DNA of 64,000 nt from Candidatus Pacebacteria bacterium CG2_30_36_39 (GCA_001873435.1 MNZB01000001.1:15573-79572); one strand, 5' to 3'; shown: positions 1-12,679, counted from the first letter of the stretch. The notes: generated by a model from the sequence alone, not told the origin. Numbers and translations are program-made.

Positions 1-1336
1 CAATGAAGACTCTGTTGGCATTGTGGTTATGGGAGATCCTCGCGGTATTGGTGTGGGTGATGTTGTCAGCCGAACCGGCCGCATTCTCTCTGTTGGCGTT
101 AGTGATGCAGTTCTTGGTAGAGTTGTTGATAGTTTAGGTCGTGCTATTGATGGTAAAGGCACTATTGCTATCAATAAATACATGCCTTTGGAAAAAATGG
201 CTCCTGGTGTTATGACCAGAAAATCAGTTTCTGTTCCTTTGCAAACAGGTATTAAGGCAGTTGATGCCATGATTCCTGTCGGTAGAGGCCAACGTGAATT
301 GATTATTGGTGATCGTTCAACTGGAAAAACAGCCATTGCTTTGGGCACTATTCTTAATCAAAAACAAGAAGATGTAATTTGTGTTTATGTTGCTATTGGT
401 CAAAAACGTGCTTCTGTGGCTCAAACCATGAAAACACTAGACGAAAATGGCGCTATGGACTATTCAATTGTTGTTTCTGCTAGCGCATCAGATAGTGCTG
501 CTGAACAGTTTTTAGCACCATATACTGGTTTAGCTATTGCAGAATATTTCTTAGAAAAAGGCAGAGATGTATTGGTGATTTATGATGACCTTTCCAAGCA
601 TGCTCAGGCTTATCGTGAAATCTCTCTTCTACTTCGTCGCCCAAGTGGTCGTGAAGCTTATCCTGGAGATGTTTTCTATTTGCACTCACGTTTATTGGAA
701 CGTGCCTGTCGTTTAAATGAAAATTTTGGTGGTGGTTCAATCACGGCATTGCCAATCATTGAGACTCAAGCTAATGACGTGTCTGCCTATATTCCTACTA
801 ACGTTATTTCTATTACTGATGGACAGATTTATCTTGAAGCTGATTTATTCAATGCTGGTATGAAACCAGCTATCAATGTTGGTTTATCAGTTTCTCGTGT
901 TGGTAGCTCTGCTCAACTCAAAGCGATGAAGCAAGTTGCTGGAACTATGAAACTTGATTTGGCACAGTTTAGAGAATTACAGGCATTTGCTCAATTTAGT
1001 TCTGATCTTGATGATCGTACTAAAAAAACTCTTGATCGTGGTGTCAGGGTCAATTCAGTTTTGAAACAAGGCTGGGACAAACCTCTAATCGTTGCAGAAC
1101 AAGTTGTTGTAATTTTTGCTGCTGTTAATGGTTTTCTTGATGAAGTTCAAGAAGAACTTGTGACTAAATGGGAAAAAGCTTATTTAGATTTTATGCACAC
1201 TACTCAGCAATCTTTACTTGATGAGATCATGCAAGAAAAGAAACTTTCTGATGAGATGATTAGTAAATTAAAAGAAGCAGTGACAGTCTTTAACGAACTT
1301 CATAAAGAAATGATGATTGTGAAGGACGAGGACTAA
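1..1336 (+). CDS. atpA: F1 ATP synthase subunit alpha (5'-partial; reading frame continues beyond the window start)
   Basis: Walker [30 protein letters not shown] and SITDGQI motifs; followed by gamma, beta and epsilon. Confidence 0.98.
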   Translation, partial: NEDSVGIVVMGDPRGIGVGDVVSRTGRILSVGVSDAVLGRVVDSLGRAIDGKGTIAINKYMPLEKMAPGVMTRKSVSVPLQTGIKAVDAMIPVGRGQRELIIGDRSTGKTAIALGTILNQKQEDVICVYVAIGQKRASVAQTMKTLDENGAMDYSIVVSASASDSAAEQFLAPYTGLAIAEYFLEKGRDVLVIYDDLSKHAQAYREISLLLRRPSGREAYPGDVFYLHSRLLERACRLNENFGGGSITALPIIETQANDVSAYIPTNVISITDGQIYLEADLFNAGMKPAINVGLSVSRVGSSAQLKAMKQVAGTMKLDLAQFRELQAFAQFSSDLDDRTKKTLDRGVRVNSVLKQGWDKPLIVAEQVVVIFAAVNGFLDEVQEELVTKWEKAYLDFMHTTQQSLLDEIMQEKKLSDEMISKLKEAVTVFNELHKEMMIVKDED

Positions 1337-1344
1337 ATAGGACT

Positions 1345-2220
1345 ATGGCGAATCAACGACAAGTCAAACGCCGTATTGGTACAGCTCAAAATATCTCTAA
1401 GATTACTAAAGCTATGGAGATGGTAGCTGCCAGTAAAATGAAGAAGGCTCAAGATCAGGCCTTGGCTGCTCGCCCCTACTCTCAAGCTTTATATGATTCT
1501 ATAGCCACAATTTCTCAGGTTTCAAAACTTAATTCTCATCCATTGCTTTCTACTCATGAAGCCGGAATTCCTATTGTTGTTGTTGTTGGAACGGATAAAG
1601 GTTTATGTGGAGCTTTGAATGGTAATTTGATGAAGCAACTTTTTGTTTGGAAAAAACAACATAAGGATGGCGAGGTAATAGCTATTGGAAAAAAAGCTGT
1701 TTTAGCTGCTAGAGCTTTGGATATGACAGTCCATGCTCAATTTACTCAAATTGCTGAGCAAGTTACGACCGTTGACATTGTTCCTCTTACTACCTTGGTT
1801 TTGAATGGTTTTTCTAGTCAAAAATTTCACTCAGTTGATGTTTTATATACTGATTTTATTAATACCCTCTCTCAAAAACCAAAGCAAGCTCCTTTATTGC
1901 CTATCTCAAGAACATTCAAGCCTGATGTTGTAGAAGAGAGAGTTGATGAAAAAATGCCAGCCAAAGACTATACTTTTGAACCAGATCCAAAACAAATTTT
2001 AAATAGCTTACTTCCCTTCTATTTGGAAAATACTATTTTCCATTCATTTTTAGAAGCTAAGGCTAGTGAGCATAGCGCTCGTATGGTTGCAATGAAGAAT
2101 GCTAGTGAAAATGCTGGCGAACTCGTCGAAGAACTTAAATTGGTATATAACAAGACTCGTCAGCAGGGTATTACCACCGAACTGTTGGATATTATCTCTG
2201 CAACAATGTCTTTAAGTTAG
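1345..2220 (+). CDS. atpG: F1 ATP synthase subunit gamma
   Basis: KITKAMEMVAASK, TDKGLCGALN, ASEHSARMVAMKNASENA, RQQGITTEL. Confidence 0.98.
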   Translation: MANQRQVKRRIGTAQNISKITKAMEMVAASKMKKAQDQALAARPYSQALYDSIATISQVSKLNSHPLLSTHEAGIPIVVVVGTDKGLCGALNGNLMKQLFVWKKQHKDGEVIAIGKKAVLAARALDMTVHAQFTQIAEQVTTVDIVPLTTLVLNGFSSQKFHSVDVLYTDFINTLSQKPKQAPLLPISRTFKPDVVEERVDEKMPAKDYTFEPDPKQILNSLLPFYLENTIFHSFLEAKASEHSARMVAMKNASENAGELVEELKLVYNKTRQQGITTELLDIISATMSLS

Positions 2221-2225
2221 AATAA

Positions 2226-3638
<1,413 letters not shown>

Positions 3639-3639
3639 C

Positions 3640-4059
3640 ATGAGAAAATTTAACCTTCGCATTGTTTCACAAGAAAGAGAGCTACTTTTAACTGAAGTAG
3701 AATCTGTTTCTTTGCCAACAGTTGAAGGTGAGATTACTGTTCTATTTAAGCATATTCCTCTTTTTACTCAGTTAAAAACAGGAGTAATTGTTTATCGTAA
3801 TGGTGATGAAGAAACTAGTGCAGTTGTTTCAACCGGATTTGCTAATGTTTCCCCAACAGGAGAAGTAACAGTGATGGTTGATAGCGGTGTTTTAGCTCGT
3901 GACATCAGTCTTGAAAAGGCTGAGCAGGCAGTTAAAGCAGCCCATGAAACAATGAAAACTACTCAAAATCAAAGAGAATTAATTATGGCTGAAGCTTCAT
4001 TGCGACAAGCAATGCTTGAAATTAAAGTGGCCCAAAAAACCCATAAATCTAAGATCTGA
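3640..4059 (+). CDS. atpC: F1 ATP synthase subunit epsilon
   Basis: Position after atpD; LPTVEGEITVL..H.P beta-sandwich motif and C-terminal helical hairpin. Confidence 0.93.
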   Translation: MRKFNLRIVSQERELLLTEVESVSLPTVEGEITVLFKHIPLFTQLKTGVIVYRNGDEETSAVVSTGFANVSPTGEVTVMVDSGVLARDISLEKAEQAVKAAHETMKTTQNQRELIMAEASLRQAMLEIKVAQKTHKSKI

Positions 4060-4104
4060 TAATCTACTTGCCACATCTCAAAAAGGCTCTATACTAGGCA
4101 CATT

Positions 4105-4578
4105 ATGGCAAATGACAAAATCCAATTGACCCAAGAAGGTCTTGGGGAATTACAGGCTGAACTCAAACAGCTTAAAGAAGTTAAACTTCCTAAAGTAATT
4201 GCTCGAGTTTCTTCAGCTCGTGAACAAGGCGATCTCTCTGAGAACGCTGATTATCACAGCGCAAAAGAAGAACAGAACTTTACTGAAACTCGTATTTCTG
4301 AGATTGAAGATATTCTTTCTAGAGGTACTGTTGTTAAAGGTACCAAAAATACTTCTAAGGTTGGCATTGGTTCTCATGTTGAAGTTTCTATTGTTGGCAA
4401 AGCTGGAAAAACTTTTACCTATGAAATTGTTGGGGAATTTGAAGCTGATCCTGAAGAGGGAAAGATTTCCTCTGTTTCTCCACTGGGCAAATCTCTCTTG
4501 GGTAAGAAAAAGGGAGACTCTATCTCAGTAAAAGCACCCATGGGGGAAATTGTTTACAAAATCGAAGAAATAAAATAG
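4105..4578 (+). CDS. greA: Transcription elongation factor GreA
   Basis: AREQGDLSENADY, ISSVSPLGKSLLG. Confidence 0.97.
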   Translation: MANDKIQLTQEGLGELQAELKQLKEVKLPKVIARVSSAREQGDLSENADYHSAKEEQNFTETRISEIEDILSRGTVVKGTKNTSKVGIGSHVEVSIVGKAGKTFTYEIVGEFEADPEEGKISSVSPLGKSLLGKKKGDSISVKAPMGEIVYKIEEIK

Positions 4579-4601
4579 GAAAAACCAAAAAAAACAATCA
4601 G

Positions 4602-4628
4602 AATCCCCCGCCAAGACGGGGGATTTTC
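4602..4628 (+). terminator. Intrinsic terminator after atp/greA
   Basis: AATCCCCCG-CCAAGA-CGGGGGATT stem followed by short T run. Confidence 0.75.
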
Positions 4629-4660
4629 GTTATACAATAATCAGGTTAACAAGGAAAAAA

Positions 4661-6328
4661 ATGGCACAAACACTACTACAATCACAACATTGGCTGGATA
4701 AATTAGCTCAGGGTATTTTGCGTTGGCAAGAAAAACATCCAGAGTTACAACTCCATGTAGATGATATGAAAACCCCTTCAGGAAGAGTTCACACTGGTTC
4801 ATTGCGTGGTGTGATGCTTCATGATGCTATTGCTAAGGTTCTGAGCGAAAAAACAGACCAAAAAATTGTTAGCACTTACGTTTTTAATGATATGGATCCA
4901 ATGGATGGTTTACCAGGGTATTTGGAAAAAGAAGAATACGATCAGCATATGGGCAAACCAATGTTCATGATTCCTACTCCACCATTGGAAAAATCAGGTT
5001 TAGATATTAGTAAAATTTCTGCAGAAGAAAAACAGCGTTTTCAAAATGCTAAAAACTTTGCCGAATTCTATGCTTATGATTTTATTGATGCATTTCGTAA
5101 ATTAGGCTGCGATCAAGAGATTATTTGGAGTCATGAGCTTTATCAGGCTGGCAAAATGGATGGGGTTATTAAAACAGCCTTAGACAATGTAGAAGAAATC
5201 AAGCGAGTTTATAAAGAAGTGGCTGATTATGATTTACCAACAAACTGGTTTCCTTTCCAAGTGATTTGTCCTCAGTGCGGTAAGCTGGGTACTACTTTGA
5301 CAACTGATTGGGATGGTCAAGAGGTGAGCTTTGAGTGTCAACCTCATAAGGTAACTTGGGCTCAAGGTTGTGGTTATTCTGGCAAAATTAGTCCTTTTGG
5401 TGGTAATGGCAAATTGCTTTGGAAAGTAGATTGGCCTGCCCATTGGACGGTACTTGGAATTACTATTGAAGGAGCTGGTAAAGACCACACTTCAGCCGGT
5501 GGTTCAAGAGATATGGCTAACCAATTAATGGAACATATTTTCAAAACTCAAACTCCCTTTGATGTCCCTTATGAGTGGATTTTGATTCGTGGAGCTAAAA
5601 TGAGTTCCAGTAAAGGTGTTGGTACTTCAGCTAGAGAATTTGTTGAGCTTTTTCCAGCAGAAATAGGACGTTATTTGTTTGTTAGTAAAAACTACAACCA
5701 AGTAATTGATTTTGATCCAAATACCATGGCAATTCCAGATTTATTTGATGAATATGATCAAGCAGCAAGAATCCATTGGGAGCAAGAGGTTGGTGATGAG
5801 AGAATGGCTAGAGCTTTTGTTCTTTCTCAAGTAAAGGAATCAAACATAGCTCCACATTTCTTGCCTCGTTTTAGAGATATAGCTACTTGGATGCAACAAC
5901 CAGAATTGAATTTAGTGGAAAAATTTGCTGAAATAAAAGGCAGTGCTTTAACAATAGAAGAACAAGAAGAACTAACTAATCGTGTTCATTATGCCAAAAT
6001 TTGGGTTGAACGCTATGCGCCAGAAGAATATCAATTGAGTTTTAGACCAGGTGTTATTCCTGAAAGTGCTAGTTCTTTAACTGTAGAGCAAAAAGAATAT
6101 TTGTTGGTTGTTGATAAGTTAATTGATAGTAAAAATTGGCAACCAGCAGAACTTCAACAAGCTCTATTTGATTTAGCTAAAGAAACAGTGGGGGCCAAAC
6201 AAGCTTTTCAAGCAATTTATCTGGCTTTTTTGGGTAAAAAATCAGGTCCAAGAGCTGGTTGGTTCTTATTATCAATTAATAGCGAAGATCGAAAAAATCA
6301 TCTTAATCAACTGGAAATAAAGGTTTAA
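4661..6328 (+). CDS. lysS: Class I lysine--tRNA ligase
   Basis: TPSGRVHTG (HIGH-like), KMSSSKG, GKLLWKVDWP, EGAGKDH and CPQCG Zn motifs characteristic of class I LysRS. Confidence 0.95.
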   Translation: MAQTLLQSQHWLDKLAQGILRWQEKHPELQLHVDDMKTPSGRVHTGSLRGVMLHDAIAKVLSEKTDQKIVSTYVFNDMDPMDGLPGYLEKEEYDQHMGKPMFMIPTPPLEKSGLDISKISAEEKQRFQNAKNFAEFYAYDFIDAFRKLGCDQEIIWSHELYQAGKMDGVIKTALDNVEEIKRVYKEVADYDLPTNWFPFQVICPQCGKLGTTLTTDWDGQEVSFECQPHKVTWAQGCGYSGKISPFGGNGKLLWKVDWPAHWTVLGITIEGAGKDHTSAGGSRDMANQLMEHIFKTQTPFDVPYEWILIRGAKMSSSKGVGTSAREFVELFPAEIGRYLFVSKNYNQVIDFDPNTMAIPDLFDEYDQAARIHWEQEVGDERMARAFVLSQVKESNIAPHFLPRFRDIATWMQQPELNLVEKFAEIKGSALTIEEQEELTNRVHYAKIWVERYAPEEYQLSFRPGVIPESASSLTVEQKEYLLVVDKLIDSKNWQPAELQQALFDLAKETVGAKQAFQAIYLAFLGKKSGPRAGWFLLSINSEDRKNHLNQLEIKV

Positions 6329-6330
6329 TT

Positions 6331-6861
6331 ATGGCAACCAGATTAGAATCACAAGACTTAGTTAAAAAATATATTAAAAATGATGCATTACTACATCATT
6401 GTCAAATGGTTGCTCAAGCAATGGAAGCCTACGCCAAACAGTTGGGTGAAGATGAAGATTTATGGTATCAAACAGGCTTATTACATGATCTAGACTGGGA
6501 AATGTATCCAGATGAACATCCTAATCGTGCCGTAAATGAAATTTTAAAAGATTATCCCAAAGAGATGCTCGCAGCTATTTTAGCTCATGCGCCAGGAAGA
6601 ACTGGTAAACAACCGACAGCTACTTTGGAAAAATATCTTTTTGCTTGTGACGAACTCTCTGGTTTAATGCATGCAGTTTCTTTGATGAGACCCAATGGTT
6701 TTGCTGATATGGAAGTAAAATCAGTTAAAAAGAAAATTAAAGACAAATCTTTCGCTGCTAATGTTAGTAGAGAAGATATTACTAATGGTTTTACTTTAAT
6801 TGGTAAAAATCCAGATGAGCACATATCATTTCTTATTGAAGTATTTAAAAGGGGGGAATAA
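6331..6861 (+). CDS. HD-domain (HDIG-like) phosphohydrolase
   Basis: H...GLLHDLDWE, later H residues and ACDELSG motif. Confidence 0.85.
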   Translation: MATRLESQDLVKKYIKNDALLHHCQMVAQAMEAYAKQLGEDEDLWYQTGLLHDLDWEMYPDEHPNRAVNEILKDYPKEMLAAILAHAPGRTGKQPTATLEKYLFACDELSGLMHAVSLMRPNGFADMEVKSVKKKIKDKSFAANVSREDITNGFTLIGKNPDEHISFLIEVFKRGE

Positions 6862-6863
6862 AT

Positions 6864-8135
6864 ATGTTGGATATTGCCTACATTCGGGAAAATCCTGACA
6901 AATTGAGAGAAGCTTGTAAGAATAAGCAACTCGATTCTTCTGTTGTTGATAATGTTTTAGCCATTGATGAAAAAAGAAGAGCACTGATTGCTGGAGTTCA
7001 AGAGTTGCGTAAAAAGGCTAATCAAGTAGCTGATCAAGTAAAAGTTGCCGTTGCTCAGGGTGGCAAGCCATCAGTTGAAGCAATTGAACAAGGCAAAGCT
7101 ATAAAAGCTCAACTCAAAGAATTGGAACCAGAATTAAAGGTTATCGAGGAAGAATTTACTGAAGCTATGTTGCAGGTACCAAATGTACCAGCAATAGATG
7201 TGCCAGTTGGTCCAAATGAATCTGGAAATCAGATAACTCGGATTGAGGGAGAGCTACCAAAATTTGATTTTACTCCCCTAGCCCATCAAGAATTAATGGA
7301 AAAATTAAATTTATTGGATACCAAAAAAGCAGTCCAAATTGCTGGTTTTAGAGGCTATTTTCTTAAAGGTGATGGTTTGCTTTTAGAACGAGCTTTATTG
7401 GATTATTCATTAGATGTGATGATTAAACATGGTTTTGAACCAATGAGTGCTCCAGTCCTTGTTAAAAAAGAAGCAATGGTTGGCACTGGCTATTTTCCTT
7501 GGGGCAATGAAGATCATTATCGTACTCAGGATGATACTATTTTAGCTGGTACAGCTGAAGTAGCCTTAACAGCCTACCACATGGGCGAAACTCTAACAGA
7601 AAAAGATTTGCCAATTAAAATGGTTGGTATTTCTCCTTGTTTCCGTAGAGAAGTTGGTTCGTATGGCAAAGACACTCAGGGAATTGTTCGTGTTCATCAA
7701 TTTAACAAGGTTGAACAAGTAGTTTATACCATTGCGGATGAAGAAGTTACTCGTGAGTGGCACCAAAAAATGATTGGTTATTCAGAAGAAATCTTAAAAG
7801 GCCTGGGTCTTTCATATCAAGTTTTATTAATGTGTACTGGTGACATGGGTGCTGGTCAAAGAAAAAAATATGATATTGAAACTTGGTTCCCAGCTCAAAG
7901 TAAATATAGAGAAACTCATTCAGCAAGCTATTTCAATGATTTTCAATCAAGAAGGTTGAATATTCGTTATCAAGCACAGGATGGAACTTTAAAGCATGTT
8001 TATACCTTAAATAATACTGTTGCTGCCTCTCCAAGATTGCTGGCTGCAGTGGTTGAAAACTATCAACAAGCTGATGGAAGTATTAAAGTTCCAGAAGTCT
8101 TGCAATCATATCTTAAAAAAGAAGTTATTCGTTAA
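6864..8135 (+). CDS. serS: Serine--tRNA ligase
   Basis: N-terminal coiled coil, GTAEV, PCFRREVGSYGKDTQGIVRVHQF, YTLNNT. Confidence 0.97.
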   Translation: MLDIAYIRENPDKLREACKNKQLDSSVVDNVLAIDEKRRALIAGVQELRKKANQVADQVKVAVAQGGKPSVEAIEQGKAIKAQLKELEPELKVIEEEFTEAMLQVPNVPAIDVPVGPNESGNQITRIEGELPKFDFTPLAHQELMEKLNLLDTKKAVQIAGFRGYFLKGDGLLLERALLDYSLDVMIKHGFEPMSAPVLVKKEAMVGTGYFPWGNEDHYRTQDDTILAGTAEVALTAYHMGETLTEKDLPIKMVGISPCFRREVGSYGKDTQGIVRVHQFNKVEQVVYTIADEEVTREWHQKMIGYSEEILKGLGLSYQVLLMCTGDMGAGQRKKYDIETWFPAQSKYRETHSASYFNDFQSRRLNIRYQAQDGTLKHVYTLNNTVAASPRLLAAVVENYQQADGSIKVPEVLQSYLKKEVIR

Positions 8136-8150
8136 ATTGGTAATTAGTTG

Positions 8151-8834
8151 ATGTCTAAAATCCTGCTCTTTTCTGATTCTCATCTACACCCCCCTATTTT
8201 TAAAAAGGCATACTTTGATCGTCTAGTAAATCTGATTGAGCAAGCTGATCAAGTGATAATTAATGGTGATTTTTGGGAAGGTTATTTTTATAGTTTTGAT
8301 CAATTTGTTAACTCAAAATGGAATCAGCTTTTTCCGTTATTAAAACAAAAACACACAATTTATCTTCCAGGAAATCATGATCTAATGAGTAAGTTGGACA
8401 AGAGAACCAATCTTTTTTCAAGTGCAGTAGTGGAGAGTTATGAATTTAGTTCTGGTGGTAAAAACTTTATTTGTTTACATGGAAATAAATATATTGAAAG
8501 TCCAAGTCAAAACTCTTTGTTAATGAGAAATAAATTTCTTTTGGGACTATTTTATTCTATTTATTATTTTGGTTTTTGGATTTTAGGTGATAATTTTTGG
8601 AAAATATATGAATTTGAAAATGCTCGTTTAAGAATGGTTCAAAAAAAATATTTTTCTGATAAAACCTTAATTACTGGTCATACTCATTTAGCAGAGATAT
8701 CAAAGAACTTTATTAATTCTGGTTTAATGACTTTTGGTTTTTTTCAATACATTTGGATAGAAGATGGTCAGGTAAGACAATATAAAGAGCGAACCAGCAG
8801 TGTTTGGCAGTTGATTTTTGGTGAAGAAAAATAG
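8151..8834 (+). CDS. Calcineurin-like metallophosphoesterase (LpxH-like family)
   Basis: SDSH, NGD, GNHD, LHG, GHTH motifs. Confidence 0.85.
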   Translation: MSKILLFSDSHLHPPIFKKAYFDRLVNLIEQADQVIINGDFWEGYFYSFDQFVNSKWNQLFPLLKQKHTIYLPGNHDLMSKLDKRTNLFSSAVVESYEFSSGGKNFICLHGNKYIESPSQNSLLMRNKFLLGLFYSIYYFGFWILGDNFWKIYEFENARLRMVQKKYFSDKTLITGHTHLAEISKNFINSGLMTFGFFQYIWIEDGQVRQYKERTSSVWQLIFGEEK

Positions 8835-8879
8835 TTTTTCGTCTGAAAAAATAAGCTCTTTGATCTATAATGAACCCCT

Positions 8880-11825
8880 ATGTTGAAGTTTTTTGCCTCT
8901 CTATTTGACGAGAATAAAAAGAGTCTCGACTCTTACCAAAAAATTGTTCTCCAAGTTAATGATTTTGAATCAGAAATCAAACAACTTTCAGATACCAAGT
9001 TAGCTGCCCAAACAAAGAAATTTAAAGCCAGAATAGAAGAAGTTCGTTCTCAAGTTGAGCCTGGTAATGCTGAGGCAATGAATGCTGCTGAGGCAAGAGT
9101 GCTTGATGAATTATTACCAGAGGCATTTGCAACAGTTCGTGAAGTTTCTCGTCGTGTTTTGGGTATGCGCCATTATGACGTTCAATTATTAGCTGGAATT
9201 GCTCTTCATAAGAAAAATATTACTGAACAAAAAACTGGTGAAGGTAAGACTTTAACAGTTACCGCTCCCTTATATCTCAATGCTTTGCTTGAAAAAGGTT
9301 CTCATTTAGTGACTGTTAATGATTATTTGGCAGAAGTTGGTGTTGGTTGGATGGGACCTGTTTATCATTTTTTGGGCATGAAAACTTCAGTCATTGTTCA
9401 TGATCATTCAAGATTATTCGATCCTAGTGTTGATAGCGAAGAACGAGGTGATGAACGCTTGGAACATTTTGTGGAAATTCCTCGACAAGACGCTTATGCC
9501 GCAGATATTACTTATGGTACTAATAACGAATTTGGCTTTGACTATTTACGTGACAACATGGTCCAAACCTTAAGTGGCATGGTTCAACGTCAAGATACTC
9601 CTCATCATTTTGTAATCGTTGATGAGGCTGATTCAATTTTAATTGATGAAGCCAGAACTCCTTTAATTATCTCTGCTCCTGATACTGAACCAACTCAAAA
9701 ATATTACGATGCTGCTCATATGGTTAAGTCTTTAGTTCAAGATCAAGACTATGTAGTAGATGAAAAATCTCGCAGTGTTACTTTAACTGATTTGGGTGTG
9801 AAACGCATGGAACAAAAGCTTGGTGTTAAGAACTTGTATGAAGAAAGTTTTGATACTATTCATCATGTTGAATCAGCTTTGAAAGCAATGACTTTGTATC
9901 ATCGAGATACTGAGTATATCGTTCGCGATAATCAGGTGGTAATTGTTGATGAACACACTGGTCGCTTAATGTATGGACGACGTTATTCTGATGGCTTGCA
10001 CCAATCTATTGAGGCCAAAGAAAATGTGCCAATTCAGCAAGAATCTAGAACTTTAGCAACTATCTCTATCCAGAATTATTTTAGACTTTATCACAAGCTT
10101 TCTGGTATGACTGGTACTGCTGCTACAGAATCTGAAGAATTTAATACTATCTATGGTGTTAATGTTTTAACCATTCCCACTCATCGAGAAGTAATTCGTC
10201 AAGATCGATCTGACGTTGTTTATAAAACTACTGCCGCTAAGTACTCTGCGATTGCGAGAGCGGTTGAAGAGTTACACGCCGAAGGAAGACCAATTTTAAT
10301 TGGTACTCGTTCTATTGAGCACAATCAAATTATCTCTCAATTTTTACAACGTAAAAAAATTACTCATCAAGTTTTAAATGCTAAAAACAATGAAAAAGAA
10401 GCTTTTATTATTGCTGATGCAGGTAAAAAGGGTGCTATCACTGTAGCAACAAATATTGCTGGTCGTGGCGTTGACATCGTACTTGGTGGTTCTACTCCGG
10501 AACTAAAAGATTTTCGCAAAAAAACTTTAACAAAGAAAAAAGAAAAACTTTCTAAAGAATTTGAAAATTTGTATTTACCAACTAATATTAATCCAGCAAA
10601 CTACAAGCTTAAGGAATATGCTGCTGCCGTTAAACGTTGGCAAGAAGCACATGACGAGGTAGTAGAAATTGGTGGCTTACATATCATTGGTACCGAGCGT
10701 CACGAATCAAGACGTATCGACAATCAGCTTCGCGGCCGTGCTGGACGTCAGGGCGATCCAGGTTCTTCACAATTTTTTGTTTCGTTAGCTGACGATGTAA
10801 TGCGTATTTTTGGTGGTGAGCAAATTTCTAAGGTGATGGATTTTTTGAAAATTGAAGAAGATCAACCCATTGAACATGCCATGGTTGGTAAATCTTTAGA
10901 GTCTGCTCAAGTTAAGGTTGAAGGATTTTTCTTTGATCAACGCAAGCGTTTGGTTGAGTTTGACGATGTAATGAATAAACACCGTGAAATTCTTTATACT
11001 CGCCGTCGCAGTTTATTAGAAGCTAGCGAAGCTGAAACGGGAGAAGATTTAAGAGAGCAAATTAAAGAGTATTTGATTAATGAAATTAATTCATTAGTTT
11101 CATTACATATGAGTAATGGTTTTACAGATGAATCTTACCGCAGTCTAATTAAAGATTTCATTAAGCTTATTCCATTTGATGAAAACTCCCAAGCTCGTTT
11201 GCAAAAAGATTTGCTTAAGTTGGAAACAGAAACAGAAATAATTGATCGCTTGCAAGATATTATTGAAAAAACCTATGATTCTCGTCGCGAAATTCTTGGC
11301 GATGACCAACTTCGTTATGTAGAAAAAATGGTGGTTTTATCTACCGTCGATGAACAATGGATGGATCATTTAGATGAAATAGATAGTTTGCGAGAAGGTA
11401 TTTGGTTGAGAGGTGATAAGAAAACTGTTTTATCTGAATATAAAAAAGAAGCTTTTATTATGTTTGAAAAATTAGTAGCAAATATTGAAAGTACAATTGC
11501 CAATCGTATTTTCCGTGTTCACCCAGTTAATAGACCAATTCAACCCGTTATACCTCAAAATATTCAATTAAGAAAAGATGATGTTAATGAGAGTTTGGCA
11601 AAAGAAGTTGCTGATGCTGCCACACCCATTCCAGCTTCGGCACCACAGAAGAAAAAGGGTTCATTGGGGGACTTGGCTCAAGCATTGAGTAGTGCCAAAG
11701 GTGGATCAACCCCACAGCCTGGATCTAAACAAGCTAAAATTAATCGCAATGATCCATGTCCATGTGGCAGTGGGTTGAAATATAAAAAATGTGGTTTGAT
11801 TAACTCTTCCAAACACTTAGGTTGA
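8880..11825 (+). CDS. secA: Preprotein translocase subunit SecA
   Basis: KTGEGKT, DEADSILIDEARTPLIIS, RRIDNQLRGRAGRQGDPG, C-terminal SEC-C CPCGSGLKYKKC. Confidence 0.99.
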   Translation: MLKFFASLFDENKKSLDSYQKIVLQVNDFESEIKQLSDTKLAAQTKKFKARIEEVRSQVEPGNAEAMNAAEARVLDELLPEAFATVREVSRRVLGMRHYDVQLLAGIALHKKNITEQKTGEGKTLTVTAPLYLNALLEKGSHLVTVNDYLAEVGVGWMGPVYHFLGMKTSVIVHDHSRLFDPSVDSEERGDERLEHFVEIPRQDAYAADITYGTNNEFGFDYLRDNMVQTLSGMVQRQDTPHHFVIVDEADSILIDEARTPLIISAPDTEPTQKYYDAAHMVKSLVQDQDYVVDEKSRSVTLTDLGVKRMEQKLGVKNLYEESFDTIHHVESALKAMTLYHRDTEYIVRDNQVVIVDEHTGRLMYGRRYSDGLHQSIEAKENVPIQQESRTLATISIQNYFRLYHKLSGMTGTAATESEEFNTIYGVNVLTIPTHREVIRQDRSDVVYKTTAAKYSAIARAVEELHAEGRPILIGTRSIEHNQIISQFLQRKKITHQVLNAKNNEKEAFIIADAGKKGAITVATNIAGRGVDIVLGGSTPELKDFRKKTLTKKKEKLSKEFENLYLPTNINPANYKLKEYAAAVKRWQEAHDEVVEIGGLHIIGTERHESRRIDNQLRGRAGRQGDPGSSQFFVSLADDVMRIFGGEQISKVMDFLKIEEDQPIEHAMVGKSLESAQVKVEGFFFDQRKRLVEFDDVMNKHREILYTRRRSLLEASEAETGEDLREQIKEYLINEINSLVSLHMSNGFTDESYRSLIKDFIKLIPFDENSQARLQKDLLKLETETEIIDRLQDIIEKTYDSRREILGDDQLRYVEKMVVLSTVDEQWMDHLDEIDSLREGIWLRGDKKTVLSEYKKEAFIMFEKLVANIESTIANRIFRVHPVNRPIQPVIPQNIQLRKDDVNESLAKEVADAATPIPASAPQKKKGSLGDLAQALSSAKGGSTPQPGSKQAKINRNDPCPCGSGLKYKKCGLINSSKHLG

Positions 11826-11828
11826 TTT

Positions 11829-12677
11829 ATGCCTGAACTACCAGAAGTTGAGACAGTTGTAAGAAGATTAACTGAAGTTTTACCAGGTAAAACTATTATT
11901 GAGTTGAGTGTATTGAGAGATAAAAGTTTTCAAGGAAATCCCTCTTTTTTATTGGATCAACAAATTAAAAGTATTTCTCGTCGCGCTAAAATTATTTGTT
12001 TGCATTTAACTAATGAAAAAATAGTTCTCATTCATTTAAAAATGACTGGCCAGCTAATTTATCATTCAAAAGATAAAAAAATTGGTGGTGGCCATCCATC
12101 AGCAGATTGGGTAAATCAATTACCAAGTTCTCATACTAGAATCATCGCTCATCTCAATGATGGTGATAAATTATTTTTTAATGATATGAGAGTTTTTGGC
12201 TGGTGGAAAATTATTGATCCCAAAGACTTAGAGTTTGAATTTAGAAATTATGGACCAGATGTTAATACAGTTGATTTTTCTTTGGAATACTTAACAGAAA
12301 AACTAGTAAAAAAATCAATGCCTATCAAGCAAGTTATTATGGATAACTCTACTGTTGCTGGGATTGGTAATATTTATGCTAGTGAAGCATTGTATTTAGC
12401 TGGAATAGATCCTCGTAGATCGGCAAAATCTTTGGATAAAAAAGAAATTAAAGATTTATATAATTTTGCAAAACAAGTCATTGATGCTGGTATTATTGCT
12501 GGTGGAACAACTTTTGATGGTAAGTATGTTGATATTTTTGGGATGGCTGGTCAGTATCAAAATCAACTAAATGTTTATGGTCAAGATGGTAAGTCTTGTT
12601 TAAAATGTGGAGCTTTAATTAATAAAGTTAAATTGGGTGGAAGAGGAAGTTTCTTTTGTCCTAATTGCCAAAAATAA
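11829..12677 (+). CDS. mutM: Formamidopyrimidine-DNA glycosylase
   Basis: MPELPEVET N-terminus, HLKMTG, GIGNIYASE, C-terminal C4 zinc finger. Confidence 0.97.
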   Translation: MPELPEVETVVRRLTEVLPGKTIIELSVLRDKSFQGNPSFLLDQQIKSISRRAKIICLHLTNEKIVLIHLKMTGQLIYHSKDKKIGGGHPSADWVNQLPSSHTRIIAHLNDGDKLFFNDMRVFGWWKIIDPKDLEFEFRNYGPDVNTVDFSLEYLTEKLVKKSMPIKQVIMDNSTVAGIGNIYASEALYLAGIDPRRSAKSLDKKEIKDLYNFAKQVIDAGIIAGGTTFDGKYVDIFGMAGQYQNQLNVYGQDGKSCLKCGALINKVKLGGRGSFFCPNCQK

Positions 12678-12679
12678 TT

